Source: Erythrobacteraceae bacterium (GTDB lineage Bacteria > Pseudomonadota > Alphaproteobacteria > Sphingomonadales > Sphingomonadaceae). Taken from it: a stretch of DNA of 64,000 bases. Position numbers and translations under genes: made by a program. Below are positions 47,563 to 57,024 of this stretch, one piece after another (the stretch's first letter is position 1; every line of letters begins with the position of its first letter). The notes below the pieces were generated by a model. The model saw only the letters and a program-made list of their open reading frames with translations. It was not told where the DNA came from and ran no database searches. Where the stretch lies: positions 22,101 to 86,100 of the forward strand of contig JAIXPX010000045.1 in the NCBI GenBank assembly GCA_027486035.1, written 5' to 3'.

Positions 47563-48852
47563 GTGACCCGCGGGGCGCGGGCCCTGGTCCTGTGCCCGGA
47601 CATCCGCGCACTGCGCTATGATCTCGACGCGGCCGAACGGCTTGCCGAGGCTGAGGGGCTGGCGCTCGCCATCGGTGTGGTCATCGCTCACTCGGCGATC
47701 CTGCCGGTGCGGCAGATGCAGCCCAATACCCTGTTCGGTTCCGGTCAGGTCGAGAATATCGCGACGTGGTGCGAACAGCACGCGGCCGAGCTTGTGATCG
47801 TTGACGGTGCGCTCTCCCCGATCCAGCAGCGCAATCTCGAGGACAGACTCAAGCGCAAGGTCATCGACCGCACGGGGCTTATTCTCGAGATTTTCGGAGA
47901 ACGCGCTGCGACAGCGGAAGGCCGCCTCCAGGTCGAACTTGCCCATCTCGATTACCAGCAGAGTCGCCTCGTCCGCAGCTGGACCCACCTTGAACGTCAA
48001 CGCGGGGGCTTCGGCTTCCTCGGCGGGCCTGGCGAGACCCAGATCGAGGCCGACCGGCGCATGATCCGCCAGCGCATGGGACGCCTGCGCCGCGAGCTCG
48101 ATCAGGTGCGCAAGACCCGCCAACTCCACCGCGACCGGCGGGGCAGGGCACCTTGGCCTGTCGTGGCTCTGGTGGGCTATACCAATGCAGGAAAATCCAC
48201 GCTTTTCAATCGCCTGACCGGCGCGGAAGTGATGGCGGAGGACCTGCTCTTCGCCACGCTCGACCCGACCATGCGCGCGATCCGGTTGCCGGGCGTGGAG
48301 AAGGCGATTCTCTCCGACACCGTGGGTTTCATCTCGGACCTGCCGACCCAGCTGGTGGCGGCCTTCAGGGCAACGCTTGAAGAAGTCACCGCCGCCGACG
48401 TGATCTGCCATGTGCGCGACATGGCCAATCCCTCGCACGCGGCCCAGAAGAAGCAGGTTCTCGACGTGCTGGCCGACCTCGGGGTGGTCGACGGACAGAC
48501 TGGCACAAGCAGCATCCCGATCTTGGAAGTCTGGAACAAGTGCGACCTTTTTGATACTGAAAATCTTGAGGAACTTCGCAATTCAAGCGAAGGGCAGGGG
48601 GCGATTGTCCTCTCGGCGGTTACCGGGGAGGGCGTTGCGCTTCTGGAGGCTGAATTGGCCCGGCTCCTGTCCGGAGGCGCGCAGGAAGTGAGTTTCCTGC
48701 TTCCGGTCAGTGACGGGCGCCGGATCGCCTGGCTTCATGCCCACGGGGATGTGCTGGCCGATGAGGATGCCGGAGAGGGCGAAAGCGGCCCGCAGCGACG
48801 GTTGACAGTGCGGCTCAACCCGAAGGGATTGGGGCAGTTTTCAGGGCTTTAG
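47563..48852 (+). CDS. hflX: GTPase HflX
   Basis: GPGETQIE, GYTNAGKST, LFATLDPT, DTVGFI, NKCD; true start may be upstream at 47533. Confidence 0.95.
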   Translation: MTRGARALVLCPDIRALRYDLDAAERLAEAEGLALAIGVVIAHSAILPVRQMQPNTLFGSGQVENIATWCEQHAAELVIVDGALSPIQQRNLEDRLKRKVIDRTGLILEIFGERAATAEGRLQVELAHLDYQQSRLVRSWTHLERQRGGFGFLGGPGETQIEADRRMIRQRMGRLRRELDQVRKTRQLHRDRRGRAPWPVVALVGYTNAGKSTLFNRLTGAEVMAEDLLFATLDPTMRAIRLPGVEKAILSDTVGFISDLPTQLVAAFRATLEEVTAADVICHVRDMANPSHAAQKKQVLDVLADLGVVDGQTGTSSIPILEVWNKCDLFDTENLEELRNSSEGQGAIVLSAVTGEGVALLEAELARLLSGGAQEVSFLLPVSDGRRIAWLHAHGDVLADEDAGEGESGPQRRLTVRLNPKGLGQFSGL

Positions 48853-49632
48853 GCGCTGTTTCTCGGTGGCTTTGACGGCTTGCCAATACTCTTCCTGGCG
48901 CTCCAGCGGGAGCTGCGCGAAATCATGCCCGTCCAGCGCGGCCATCTCTTCCATGTGACGGAAGCGGCGCTCGAACTTCGCGTTGGACGCCTGAAGAGCC
49001 TGCTCGGCATCGATCCCGTAGCGGCGGATGATGTTGACCGCCACGAACAGCACGTCGCCAGCTTCGACGAGTTTCTCCTCATCTGAGGCTTCCTCGAGTT
49101 CGACCAGTTCCTCTTCGAGCTTCTCGCGCGGGCCCTTGAGATCGTGCCACTCGAAGCCCACCCGCGCGGCGCGTTTCTGCAGCTTTTCCGATCGGAGCAA
49201 GGCGGGAAGCGCGTTGGCGACGCCATCCATTGCGCTGCTGGCGCCCTTGGTGCTGCGCTCCTCGGCCTTGAGATCCTCCCACCTGGCTTCGTCCATGCGG
49301 CCACCGGCTGCGGCGAAGATGTGCGGGTGGCGCGCTTCCATCTTGTCCGCGATCGTCGCGGCGACGTCCTCGAAGGTGAAGTGTCCGGCTTCTTCAGCCA
49401 TGCGTGCATGGAACACGACTTGAAAGAGGAGATCGCCGAGCTCCTCGCGAAGGTCCGCCATGTCCTCGCGTTCTATCGCGTCCGCGACCTCGTAGGCTTC
49501 CTCGATGGTGTAAGGGGCGATTGTGGCGAAGGATTGCGCCAGATCCCATTCGCATCCGCGAACCGGGTCGCGCAGGCGAGCCATGATAGCGAGAAGGCGG
49601 TCCAGTGGGGATTGCGGGAGAGCGTTGGACAT
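48841..49632 (-). CDS. mazG: nucleoside triphosphate pyrophosphohydrolase MazG
   Basis: GCEWD..Q, EEAYEV, EELGDLL, RHPHIF, KFERRF. Confidence 0.95.
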   Translation of the reverse strand: MSNALPQSPLDRLLAIMARLRDPVRGCEWDLAQSFATIAPYTIEEAYEVADAIEREDMADLREELGDLLFQVVFHARMAEEAGHFTFEDVAATIADKMEARHPHIFAAAGGRMDEARWEDLKAEERSTKGASSAMDGVANALPALLRSEKLQKRAARVGFEWHDLKGPREKLEEELVELEEASDEEKLVEAGDVLFVAVNIIRRYGIDAEQALQASNAKFERRFRHMEEMAALDGHDFAQLPLERQEEYWQAVKATEKQRLKP

Positions 49633-49642
49633 CCTGTTCCTC

Positions 49643-49670
49643 AAGGCGGATAATATATATTATGTAAAAT
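49643..49670 (+). other. dif site (XerCD chromosome dimer resolution)
   Basis: AAGGCGGATAA-TATATA-TTATGTAAAAT; right arm matches the E. coli XerD arm TTATGTTAAAT at 10/11; intergenic AT-rich 28-mer. Confidence 0.85.
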
Positions 49671-49868
49671 CTATAGCAGCGCGGAAGCGGTGCCCCGAGC
49701 CAGCGCGAACCACTCCACCAAAAGGAAAAGCCCCACGAAGATAGCCAGCCACACGAGCGCAAGCTTCACCAGCCTGCTCCATCCCAGCCGCATCGATGCA
49801 AGCGCGCTTCCGGCGAGCACTAGCCAGCCGATGGCCAGAACGATCGGCAGCAGCAATTCCGTGGTCAT
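49671..49868 (-). CDS. small two-TM membrane hypothetical protein
   Basis: 65 aa, two hydrophobic helices, ATGA-coupled to the upstream MBL gene. Confidence 0.65.
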   Translation of the reverse strand: MTTELLLPIVLAIGWLVLAGSALASMRLGWSRLVKLALVWLAIFVGLFLLVEWFALARGTASALL

Positions 49869-50647
49869 GCCACCATCTCCAACCCGTCGTAACCGACTGT
49901 CACGAAATCAGGCACTTCGGTGCAAAGCGTGCGGTAATCCATGCTCTTGTCGAGATGGCTGAGCACGACGCGGCCGGCCCGGGTCTTCTCGCCCAGTTCG
50001 ATCGCCAAGGCGAGATGCGCATGGGTTGGATGCGGCTCGCGGCGCAGGCAATCGCTGACGAGGATGTCGACCTTGTAGAAAAGATCGACCATCTCGTCAG
50101 AAATTGAACTAAAATCCGTGGCATATCCAATGCTTTTGCCATCGGCTTCGAAGCGGTATGCGGTGGTTTCGCCCGGGCCGTGGGCCATCTGACACCAATC
50201 GACCCCGAACCCGGCAATCATCCGCAGGCGATCGAGCGTGTCCAGCGAGCAGATCGTGGGATAGCCTTCCTGTCCGGCGAAGACATAGCCGAACCTCTGG
50301 CGCAGGCGGCGCACTGTTTCGGTTTCAGCAAAACCCGGGATCGGGCCGGCGCGCCCGTAGCGAAGCACTCGGAGGTCATCGATGCCGTGACAGTGATCGG
50401 CATGATCATGCGTCCAGAAAACCGCATCAATATGGCTGATCCGGTTGGCGAGAAGTTGCGCGCGGCAGTCGCTCGAGGTGTCTACCAGCAACCGCTTGCC
50501 TTCATCGCTTTCGACGAGAATCGAAACCCGCGTGCGGCGGTTGCGCGGCTCGGCGGGATCGCAGTCGCCCCAATCGCCGGTCCCGTCCGGACCGCCCAGG
50601 CGTGGCACTCCGGTCGAGGTGCCGGAGCCGAGCATTACCAGTTTCAC
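49865..50647 (-). CDS. MBL-fold metallo-hydrolase (PhnP/YycJ-like)
   Basis: LGSGTSTGVP, THDHADHCHGIDD, HPTH, YDG. Confidence 0.9.
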   Translation of the reverse strand: MKLVMLGSGTSTGVPRLGGPDGTGDWGDCDPAEPRNRRTRVSILVESDEGKRLLVDTSSDCRAQLLANRISHIDAVFWTHDHADHCHGIDDLRVLRYGRAGPIPGFAETETVRRLRQRFGYVFAGQEGYPTICSLDTLDRLRMIAGFGVDWCQMAHGPGETTAYRFEADGKSIGYATDFSSISDEMVDLFYKVDILVSDCLRREPHPTHAHLALAIELGEKTRAGRVVLSHLDKSMDYRTLCTEVPDFVTVGYDGLEMVA

Positions 50648-51420
50648 AAAGCCGCCTTGCTGAAGAGCGCGAAGAAATTGGCTGTGGTAACCGCTTTGAT
50701 ATGTTCTACATCGGTTCCGCGCAATCCGGCAACGAAGGCTGCGGTGTCTGCGACGTAGGCCGGTTCGCACACCCTCCCCCGGTGCGGGACAGGTGCGAGG
50801 AAGGGGCTGTCGGTCTCGACCAGCAGGCGATCTTCGGGGACGATCTTTGCGACCTCCTGCAAGTCCTTGGCGTTCTTGAAGGTGACGATCCCGGAAAGCG
50901 AGATCGTCAAGCCCAGTGCCAGCACCTTTTCGGCAAAATCGGCCGAAGCGGTGAAGCAGTGGATCAGAGCGGGAAAGGCGCCCTTCCCCATCTCCTCTGC
51001 AAGGATAGCATGGGTGTCATCGTCGGCGTCGCGGGTATGGATGATAAGCGGGAGCTGCGTTTCGCGCGCCACATCAATATGCATGCGGAAGAGCGACTTC
51101 TGCGCCTCGCGGTCTGACTTGTCGTAGAAGTAGTCGAGTCCCGTTTCTCCGATTGCGATGACCTTGGGGTTGCGGGTGGCTTCCAGCAGGACGGTGCGGC
51201 CCAGATCCTGATGGGCATCGGCCTCGTGCGGGTGGATACCCACGCTGGCGAAGACATCGGCTTCGCGCGCGGCGGTGCCGATTACCTGATCCCACTCGCT
51301 GCGCCGGGTGGAGATATTGAGGAAGGCCCGCACCCCCGCCTCGCGCGCCCGGGCAAGCACGCCGTCGCGGTCCTCCACGAGGCCCTTGTACTCGAGGTGG
51401 CAGTGGCTATCGACCAGCAT
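50644..51420 (-). CDS. tatD: TatD family hydrolase
   Basis: DSHCHL, GIHPH, IGETGLDY, IHTRDA, HCFT, ETDSPFL. Confidence 0.93.
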   Translation of the reverse strand: MLVDSHCHLEYKGLVEDRDGVLARAREAGVRAFLNISTRRSEWDQVIGTAAREADVFASVGIHPHEADAHQDLGRTVLLEATRNPKVIAIGETGLDYFYDKSDREAQKSLFRMHIDVARETQLPLIIHTRDADDDTHAILAEEMGKGAFPALIHCFTASADFAEKVLALGLTISLSGIVTFKNAKDLQEVAKIVPEDRLLVETDSPFLAPVPHRGRVCEPAYVADTAAFVAGLRGTDVEHIKAVTTANFFALFSKAAL

Positions 51421-52979
51421 CAACTCGCCTCGGCCTCGGCGGGCAGCTCGAGCCTGGGGAAAAGTGGCGTCGGCGGCGCGACGGTGAAGCCCTTTGCCAC
51501 GAGGCGGTCGAACCACGTCTTGTCCGCAAGAGCCGCATAGTTGCGCTCGCTCTCGGGGATGCCGAGCTGATCGAGCAAGGCAGACGACTTGCCCGGCACG
51601 ACAGGCTGGATAGCGATGGCCAGATCGCGCAGCGCCACAAACAGGGTCTGGAGCACGGCCTTCATCCGCGCAGGATCCGATTTCTTGAGCGCCCAGGGTG
51701 CCTGTTCGTCGACATATTGGTTGCAGGCATGGACCGCGCGCATCCACTCGTCGATCCCGTTCGAGAAATCGAGGGCTTCGAAGCGTGCGGGGAGATGGTT
51801 GGCGCACAGATCGGCAAGAGCAGCCAGCAATTCGCGGTCGCGGTCAGCTTGCTCGAACGCCTCGAGCCTGCCGTCCATGTTCTTGGCGATCATCGACAGC
51901 GTGCGTTGCGCGAGATTTCCGAAAGCGTTGGCCAATTCAGAATTTGCCCTCAGAACAATGGCTTCGGGCGAATAACTGCCATCCTGTCCGAAGACGACCT
52001 CGCGCATCAGAAAGTAGCGCAAGGCGTCGACCCCGAAGGTCTCGGCAAGGGTCAGCGGATCGGTGACATTGCCGAGCGATTTCGATTCCTTCTGGCCCCG
52101 GTTGAGCAGGAAACCGTGTCCGAACACCTTTCGCGGTAGCGGCAGGTTCGCGCTCATCAGGAACGCGGGCCAGTAAATCGTGTGGAAGCGCACGATATCC
52201 TTGCCGATGAGGTGCAGGCTCGCGGGCCAGAAATTGCCCATGTCGTCGGGATAGCCGAGGCCGGTCAGGTAATTCGTGAGCGCATCCACCCAGACATACA
52301 TCACGTGTCCGTCGCTTCCGGGCACCTTGACGCCCCAGTCGAAGGAGGTGCGGCTGACCGAGAGGTCGCGCAAGCCCTGTTCGACAAAGGCGATCATCTC
52401 GTTGCGGCGACTGGCCGGTTCGAGGAAGCCGGGTGACCTGAGCAGGTCGAGCAGGCGGTCCTGATAATTCGAGAGGCGGAAAAACCAGCTTTCCTCGATC
52501 GTCCATTCGACCGGCGTGCCCTGCGGGGAGAGCTTCTCTCCCCCTTCTCCCACGGCCAGCTCGCTCTCGTCGTAATAGGCCTCGTCGCGGACCGAGTACC
52601 AGCCCTCGTAGCGGTCGAGGTAGAGGTCGCCCGCAGCCTCCATCGCCTGCCAGAGGGCCTGGCTGGCGCGGTGATGATCGGGCTCGCTGGTCCGGATGAA
52701 GCGATCATAGGAAACGTCAAGGGCGTCGCACATCTCACGGAAATAGCCTGACATTTCGTCGGCAAGGTCGGCGGGCGTGCGGCCCTGTTCCTCGGCCTTG
52801 CGCGCCATCTTGAGCCCGTGCTCGTCAGTGCCGGTCTGGAAGCGCACGCTCCGGCCCTGAAGGCGCTGGAAACGCGCGATCACGTCGGCCGCGATTGCCT
52901 CGTAGGCATGGCCGATATGGGGCCGCCCGTTGGGGTAGCTGATGGCGGTCGTGATGTAGAAGGGGGAGGTGTCAACCAT
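51420..52979 (-). CDS. metG: methionine--tRNA ligase
   Basis: YITTAISYPNG.PHIGH, GTDEHG, GKDI.RFH, KESKS. Confidence 0.96.
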   Translation of the reverse strand: MVDTSPFYITTAISYPNGRPHIGHAYEAIAADVIARFQRLQGRSVRFQTGTDEHGLKMARKAEEQGRTPADLADEMSGYFREMCDALDVSYDRFIRTSEPDHHRASQALWQAMEAAGDLYLDRYEGWYSVRDEAYYDESELAVGEGGEKLSPQGTPVEWTIEESWFFRLSNYQDRLLDLLRSPGFLEPASRRNEMIAFVEQGLRDLSVSRTSFDWGVKVPGSDGHVMYVWVDALTNYLTGLGYPDDMGNFWPASLHLIGKDIVRFHTIYWPAFLMSANLPLPRKVFGHGFLLNRGQKESKSLGNVTDPLTLAETFGVDALRYFLMREVVFGQDGSYSPEAIVLRANSELANAFGNLAQRTLSMIAKNMDGRLEAFEQADRDRELLAALADLCANHLPARFEALDFSNGIDEWMRAVHACNQYVDEQAPWALKKSDPARMKAVLQTLFVALRDLAIAIQPVVPGKSSALLDQLGIPESERNYAALADKTWFDRLVAKGFTVAPPTPLFPRLELPAEAEAS

Positions 52980-53928
52980 GGGTTGGCTCGCTAGCGGGGG
53001 CGGCCGCCACAAGCAAGGTGCCGAGCTCGAAGGGCAACATGCCGGGATCGAAGTTGGCCGTGGGAGCATCGGCGGCCAAGGCCACGAGAGCGGCGTGAAC
53101 ATCGACGAGCCGCGCGCGGCGCTCGGGCTCTTCGCAATTCCGCGCCGCCCGCGCGCACAGGGATTGGGCGAGTTCCAGCACCGCCTGTACGCGCTCGCGC
53201 TCGGCGCGGGGGCCGATCAGGCGCGCCAGTTCCCCGCGTCCGGCAATGCCGCTGTCCCCGCCTGCCAGCAGACCTGAAATGACGCGCGCAACCGGGGCCA
53301 GATCCTGTTCGGTAAAGCGCAGCGCCGCGCCGAAGGACCCCTCTGCCGCGCCTATCGCCTGAAGGTCAGGTGTTCGTCCGGCCTCTTCCAGCATCTTGGC
53401 GAGCTGATCGTCGGTCAGCGCCGGAAAGCGCATGGTGCGGCAGCGTGAGCGGATCGTCGGCAGAAGCCGCGAGGGGCTGTGAGTGACAAGCAGGAAGAAG
53501 GTTCCCGCCGGCGGCTCCTCGAGGCTCTTGAGGAGGGCGTTGGCTGCCGATTTCTCCATGTCGTCGGCCGGATAGATGATGATCGCGCGGCGGTTCCCCA
53601 GCGTCGGAAGGGTGACGAGCCGCTTTTGCATGGCGCGGATCTGCTTGATCCGGATCGAGCGGGCGAGTTCGAAGGGCTTGCCTTCGGCCTGCGCTTTCTC
53701 GGCCTTTTCGTCCTTGGGGCCGTAGGTGATCGCAAGGATGTCCGGGTGCTCGCCAGACGGTTGCGGAACGCCGGGCTCAGCCACCAGATCGCGCGCGGCC
53801 GCCATGGCGAAATCGAACTTGCCCAGCCCGGCTTTGCCGGCCAGCAACCAGCCATGATGCATCCGCTCGCCGGCCAGTGCATCGCGCCAAGTGCGCCACG
53901 CCTCGGCATGGTTGGGCCAGCGGGTCAC
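52972..53928 (-). CDS. holB: DNA polymerase III subunit delta'
   Basis: HGWLLAG..GLGK, HPD, AANALLKSLEEPP, LLPTIRSRC. Confidence 0.92.
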   Translation of the reverse strand: MTRWPNHAEAWRTWRDALAGERMHHGWLLAGKAGLGKFDFAMAAARDLVAEPGVPQPSGEHPDILAITYGPKDEKAEKAQAEGKPFELARSIRIKQIRAMQKRLVTLPTLGNRRAIIIYPADDMEKSAANALLKSLEEPPAGTFFLLVTHSPSRLLPTIRSRCRTMRFPALTDDQLAKMLEEAGRTPDLQAIGAAEGSFGAALRFTEQDLAPVARVISGLLAGGDSGIAGRGELARLIGPRAERERVQAVLELAQSLCARAARNCEEPERRARLVDVHAALVALAADAPTANFDPGMLPFELGTLLVAAAPASEPTHG

Positions 53929-54560
53929 GGTAGCAGGCCCTCCAGCGCGGCCAGGATGCGGGCATGAACCTCTCCCGGCGCGCCGATGGCCTCGATCCGC
54001 GCGAAACAGGTCGGATCGGCTTCGGCGAGCGCTCGGAAACCGGCGGCGACGGCACGGTGGTAGGCCGCAGAACGTCCCTCGATGGCATCGGCAGCCTGTC
54101 CCCGCTGCACGAGGCGCTGCGCCAGAGCGGTCTGGTCACCTTCGAGCAGGATCACCCGGTCGGGGCGTAACCCCCCGCTACCGAAGGCGTGCAGCGCGGT
54201 AATGGGCTCGTCGCCCAGCCCCCCTGCCCCTCCCTGATAGGCTCTGCTCGAGTCCACGAAGCGGTCGCAGATCACCCAGTCGCCGCGTGCGAGGGCAGGA
54301 CGGATGAGATGTGCGACATGATCGGCCCGGGCTGCCGCGAACAGCAGGGCTTCGGATTGCGGCGTCCAGCCCGTCTCGCCGGGGGGATGGAGCAGGAGAC
54401 TGCGGATCGCTTCGGCGCCCGCAGTCCCGCCCGGTTCGCGGGTGACGATCACATTCAGCCCGCGCGTGCGCAGCGCCTCGGCAAGCAGTCGCGCCTGCGT
54501 CGACTTGCCCGCACCCTCCCCGCCTTCGAAGGCGATGAAACGGCCAGCGGGCAGGCTCAC
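53925..54560 (-). CDS. tmk: thymidylate kinase
   Basis: FEGGEGAGKSTQ, TREPGG, CDRFVDSS.AYQG. Confidence 0.96.
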   Translation of the reverse strand: MSLPAGRFIAFEGGEGAGKSTQARLLAEALRTRGLNVIVTREPGGTAGAEAIRSLLLHPPGETGWTPQSEALLFAAARADHVAHLIRPALARGDWVICDRFVDSSRAYQGGAGGLGDEPITALHAFGSGGLRPDRVILLEGDQTALAQRLVQRGQAADAIEGRSAAYHRAVAAGFRALAEADPTCFARIEAIGAPGEVHARILAALEGLLP

Positions 54561-55744
54561 GACAACAGCCCCAGAGCGGCATTGATGATGCGGTCAATCG
54601 GCCCGGCGGTCTCGACCGTCTCGTCGGAGAAGAGCGGAACCCTTGCGGGCGAGACTCCGGGCGCGCTCACCTCCAGGAAGGCCACCTCCTGCCCCCTGGC
54701 AATCGGTGCCCGCAACGGCCCGTCGTAGCGGATCGTCGCGGTGAGTTCAGGCGTGCTGCCTCGCGGCAGGTTGATGGTCACCGGCCCTGCTGCCTTGAGG
54801 GTTACGCTGCGTGCGTCCCCGTCCTGCACCCGCGCCTCGCCTACGATGGCACCGGCGGCAAACAAGGCCCGGCGGTCGAAGGCGGCAAAGCCCCATTCGA
54901 CATAGGATTTGGCAAGCTTCGCACGCAGGCGCCCGTTCTCGACACCCGCCAGAACCAGCACCAGCCTCTGTCCATTGCGGCGCGCAGTGCCGAGATAGGA
55001 GAAGCCGGATTCGTTGGTGAAGCCGGTCTTGATCCCGTCCGCTCCCGCCACCCGTCCGATCATCGGATCGTGGTTGACCTGCGCGATGCCTTTGTAATCG
55101 AAGCCGATGCGCCCGATGTAATAGCCGAACTTGTCAGGGTGGCGGGTGATCATCGCCCGTGCCAGCGTGACCAGATCGCTCGCGGTGGTGAAGGTCTTTC
55201 CTTCGTCGGGAAAGCCGTTGGGCGAGCCCCAGTGGCTGCCGTTCATGCCCAGGCCCCATGCGGCGCGGTTCATCTGCGCCGTCCAGGCCGCGACCGATCC
55301 GGCCTGCCCATCGCCCAGAACAGCTGCGCCATCATTGGCCGACACATTGGCGATGCCCAGCAGCAGGTCTTCGACCCGCACCTGCTCGCCGGAATCAAGA
55401 AACATGGTCGAGCCCTTGCGACGCCATGCGCGCGCGACTTCGGGGCGCACCACGAAGACCTGCTGAGGATCGAGCATTCCTGCCTCCATCAGCTCGAAGG
55501 CGAGGTAGAGCGTCATCACCTTGGTCACGGAAGCCGGCATGAAGCGCCGGTCCGGGTTGCGCGCGTGCAGCACCTGCCCGCTGTTGAGGTCCACGAGCAG
55601 AGCGACCGGTGCCTCGGCCGCAGTCGGGATAGCAGGCGTGACAGCGCCAGGGGCTGCCATCAAGGCGTGCACCGGCAGCGCGAAAAGCAGGGCGAGAGGA
55701 GCAATCAGGCGCGGTTTGCGTCGCAGAGGTCTGAGGGGCATCAC
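54557..55744 (-). CDS. D-alanyl-D-alanine carboxypeptidase (peptidase S11)
   Basis: PASVTK, SAN, KTG motifs, C-terminal PBP5 domain. Confidence 0.92.
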   Translation of the reverse strand: MMPLRPLRRKPRLIAPLALLFALPVHALMAAPGAVTPAIPTAAEAPVALLVDLNSGQVLHARNPDRRFMPASVTKVMTLYLAFELMEAGMLDPQQVFVVRPEVARAWRRKGSTMFLDSGEQVRVEDLLLGIANVSANDGAAVLGDGQAGSVAAWTAQMNRAAWGLGMNGSHWGSPNGFPDEGKTFTTASDLVTLARAMITRHPDKFGYYIGRIGFDYKGIAQVNHDPMIGRVAGADGIKTGFTNESGFSYLGTARRNGQRLVLVLAGVENGRLRAKLAKSYVEWGFAAFDRRALFAAGAIVGEARVQDGDARSVTLKAAGPVTINLPRGSTPELTATIRYDGPLRAPIARGQEVAFLEVSAPGVSPARVPLFSDETVETAGPIDRIINAALGLLS

Positions 55745-55794
55745 GATGCTGGCTATACCCCCGCCCTTGCAACTTGGCGAGGCGCGCGCGGGCC

Positions 55795-56850
55795 TCAGTT
55801 CACGATTTCGTCGGCGAGCAGCCCTACGCTCAGGGCATAATAGCTCGAGCAGTTATACTCGAGGATCACGCGGTAGTTGCCGGTCAGTAGCCACGCCCGT
55901 GTGCCGGGCCCGTCAGGTTGGAAGAAGGACGCCATCACGTCGTCTGCCACCGGGCCCTGGGGAACGAGCCCGGCAGCGCGCCATTCGGCCACTGTCATCC
56001 AGCGGCTGAGACGCTCGTGGACACGCGGGCAGACCGGTGAAACAAGGCGTGTGCGATAGGCCGCGATGTCAAAGCCCGACGGCACGCTTGTGCGCACGCC
56101 CCATGGCTCGCCGGCCCGCCAGCCGGCGTCCCTGAAATAGTTCGCGATCGAGGCAAAAGTGTCGGCCCGGTTCGAGAAGATGTCCGCCCGTCCGTCCCCG
56201 TCGCCGTCGGTGGCGAGCCGCAGATAGACGCTCGGCAGGAACTGCGGATTGCCGAAAGCGCCGGCATAGCTGCCGACCAGCTGCGAGCGATCATAGCCCC
56301 GGTCGGCGATCTTCATCAGCGCCACGAACTCATCGGAAAAAAGCTCTCTGCGGCGGCCTTCCCAGGCGAGTGTCGCAAGGCTGCGGGCGAGGTCGAAATC
56401 GCCTTTGACGCGTCCGTAACTGGTCTCATGCCCGAAGATGGCGACGATGACCGACGCAGGAACGCCGTACTGACCCTCGATCCGGCCGAGCAGTTCGCGG
56501 TGCTGCCCGTGAACCGCCCGCCCCCCGGCGATCCGCGCCGCATCGACATGGGTGGCGATATAGCGCGACATCGCCGGATAGCCGCCCGCCGTGGCGCTGC
56601 CGGGCTGGTTCGCGTCGAGCGCGATGACCCGCGGATTGGGCGTGAGCCCCAGCGTCATTCGCGTGACCGTGGCCTCGCGCACCCCTTCCGCCCGCGCCCT
56701 CGCCTTGAGCTGTTCGAGATAGGCCTCAAAGTCCGATCCATCCGCGCTCGCCCCCTGAGCGGCTGCCGGTACCGGTGCAAACGCCACACCGAAGGTGACA
56801 AGGCCTGCAAGAGCGAGTGCGGCAAGGGAAAGGCAGCGCGGAATCATCAT
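55795..56850 (-). CDS. lytic murein transglycosylase (MltB/SLT_2 family)
   Basis: FGHETSYG, GSYAGAFGNPQFLPS, DGDGDG, YNCS..YA. Confidence 0.92.
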   Translation of the reverse strand: MMIPRCLSLAALALAGLVTFGVAFAPVPAAAQGASADGSDFEAYLEQLKARARAEGVREATVTRMTLGLTPNPRVIALDANQPGSATAGGYPAMSRYIATHVDAARIAGGRAVHGQHRELLGRIEGQYGVPASVIVAIFGHETSYGRVKGDFDLARSLATLAWEGRRRELFSDEFVALMKIADRGYDRSQLVGSYAGAFGNPQFLPSVYLRLATDGDGDGRADIFSNRADTFASIANYFRDAGWRAGEPWGVRTSVPSGFDIAAYRTRLVSPVCPRVHERLSRWMTVAEWRAAGLVPQGPVADDVMASFFQPDGPGTRAWLLTGNYRVILEYNCSSYYALSVGLLADEIVN

Positions 56851-56934
56851 GTGTGGGATGTCATACCTTGGCTGAATTCCCAACAACGCAACTGGGGATG
56901 ACTCGCGAGCGAACTCTGGCTAGGGGCATTTCAT

Positions 56935-57024
56935 GGACAGGTGGCCGAGTGGTTTAAGGCAGCGGTCTTGAAAACCGCCGTAGGTGCAAGCCTACCGTGG
57001 GTTCGAATCCCACCCTGTCCGCCA
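56935..57024 (+). tRNA. tRNA-Ser(TGA)
   Basis: acceptor GGACAGG/CCTGTCC, anticodon arm GCGGT-CTTGAAA-ACCGC, long variable arm, encoded CCA. Confidence 0.97.

Noticed and set aside
48841-51420. mazG plus MBL hydrolase plus TatD as an anti-phage cluster
   Set aside because: They follow tmk-holB-metG in the usual alphaproteobacterial core order and are housekeeping-type sequences.
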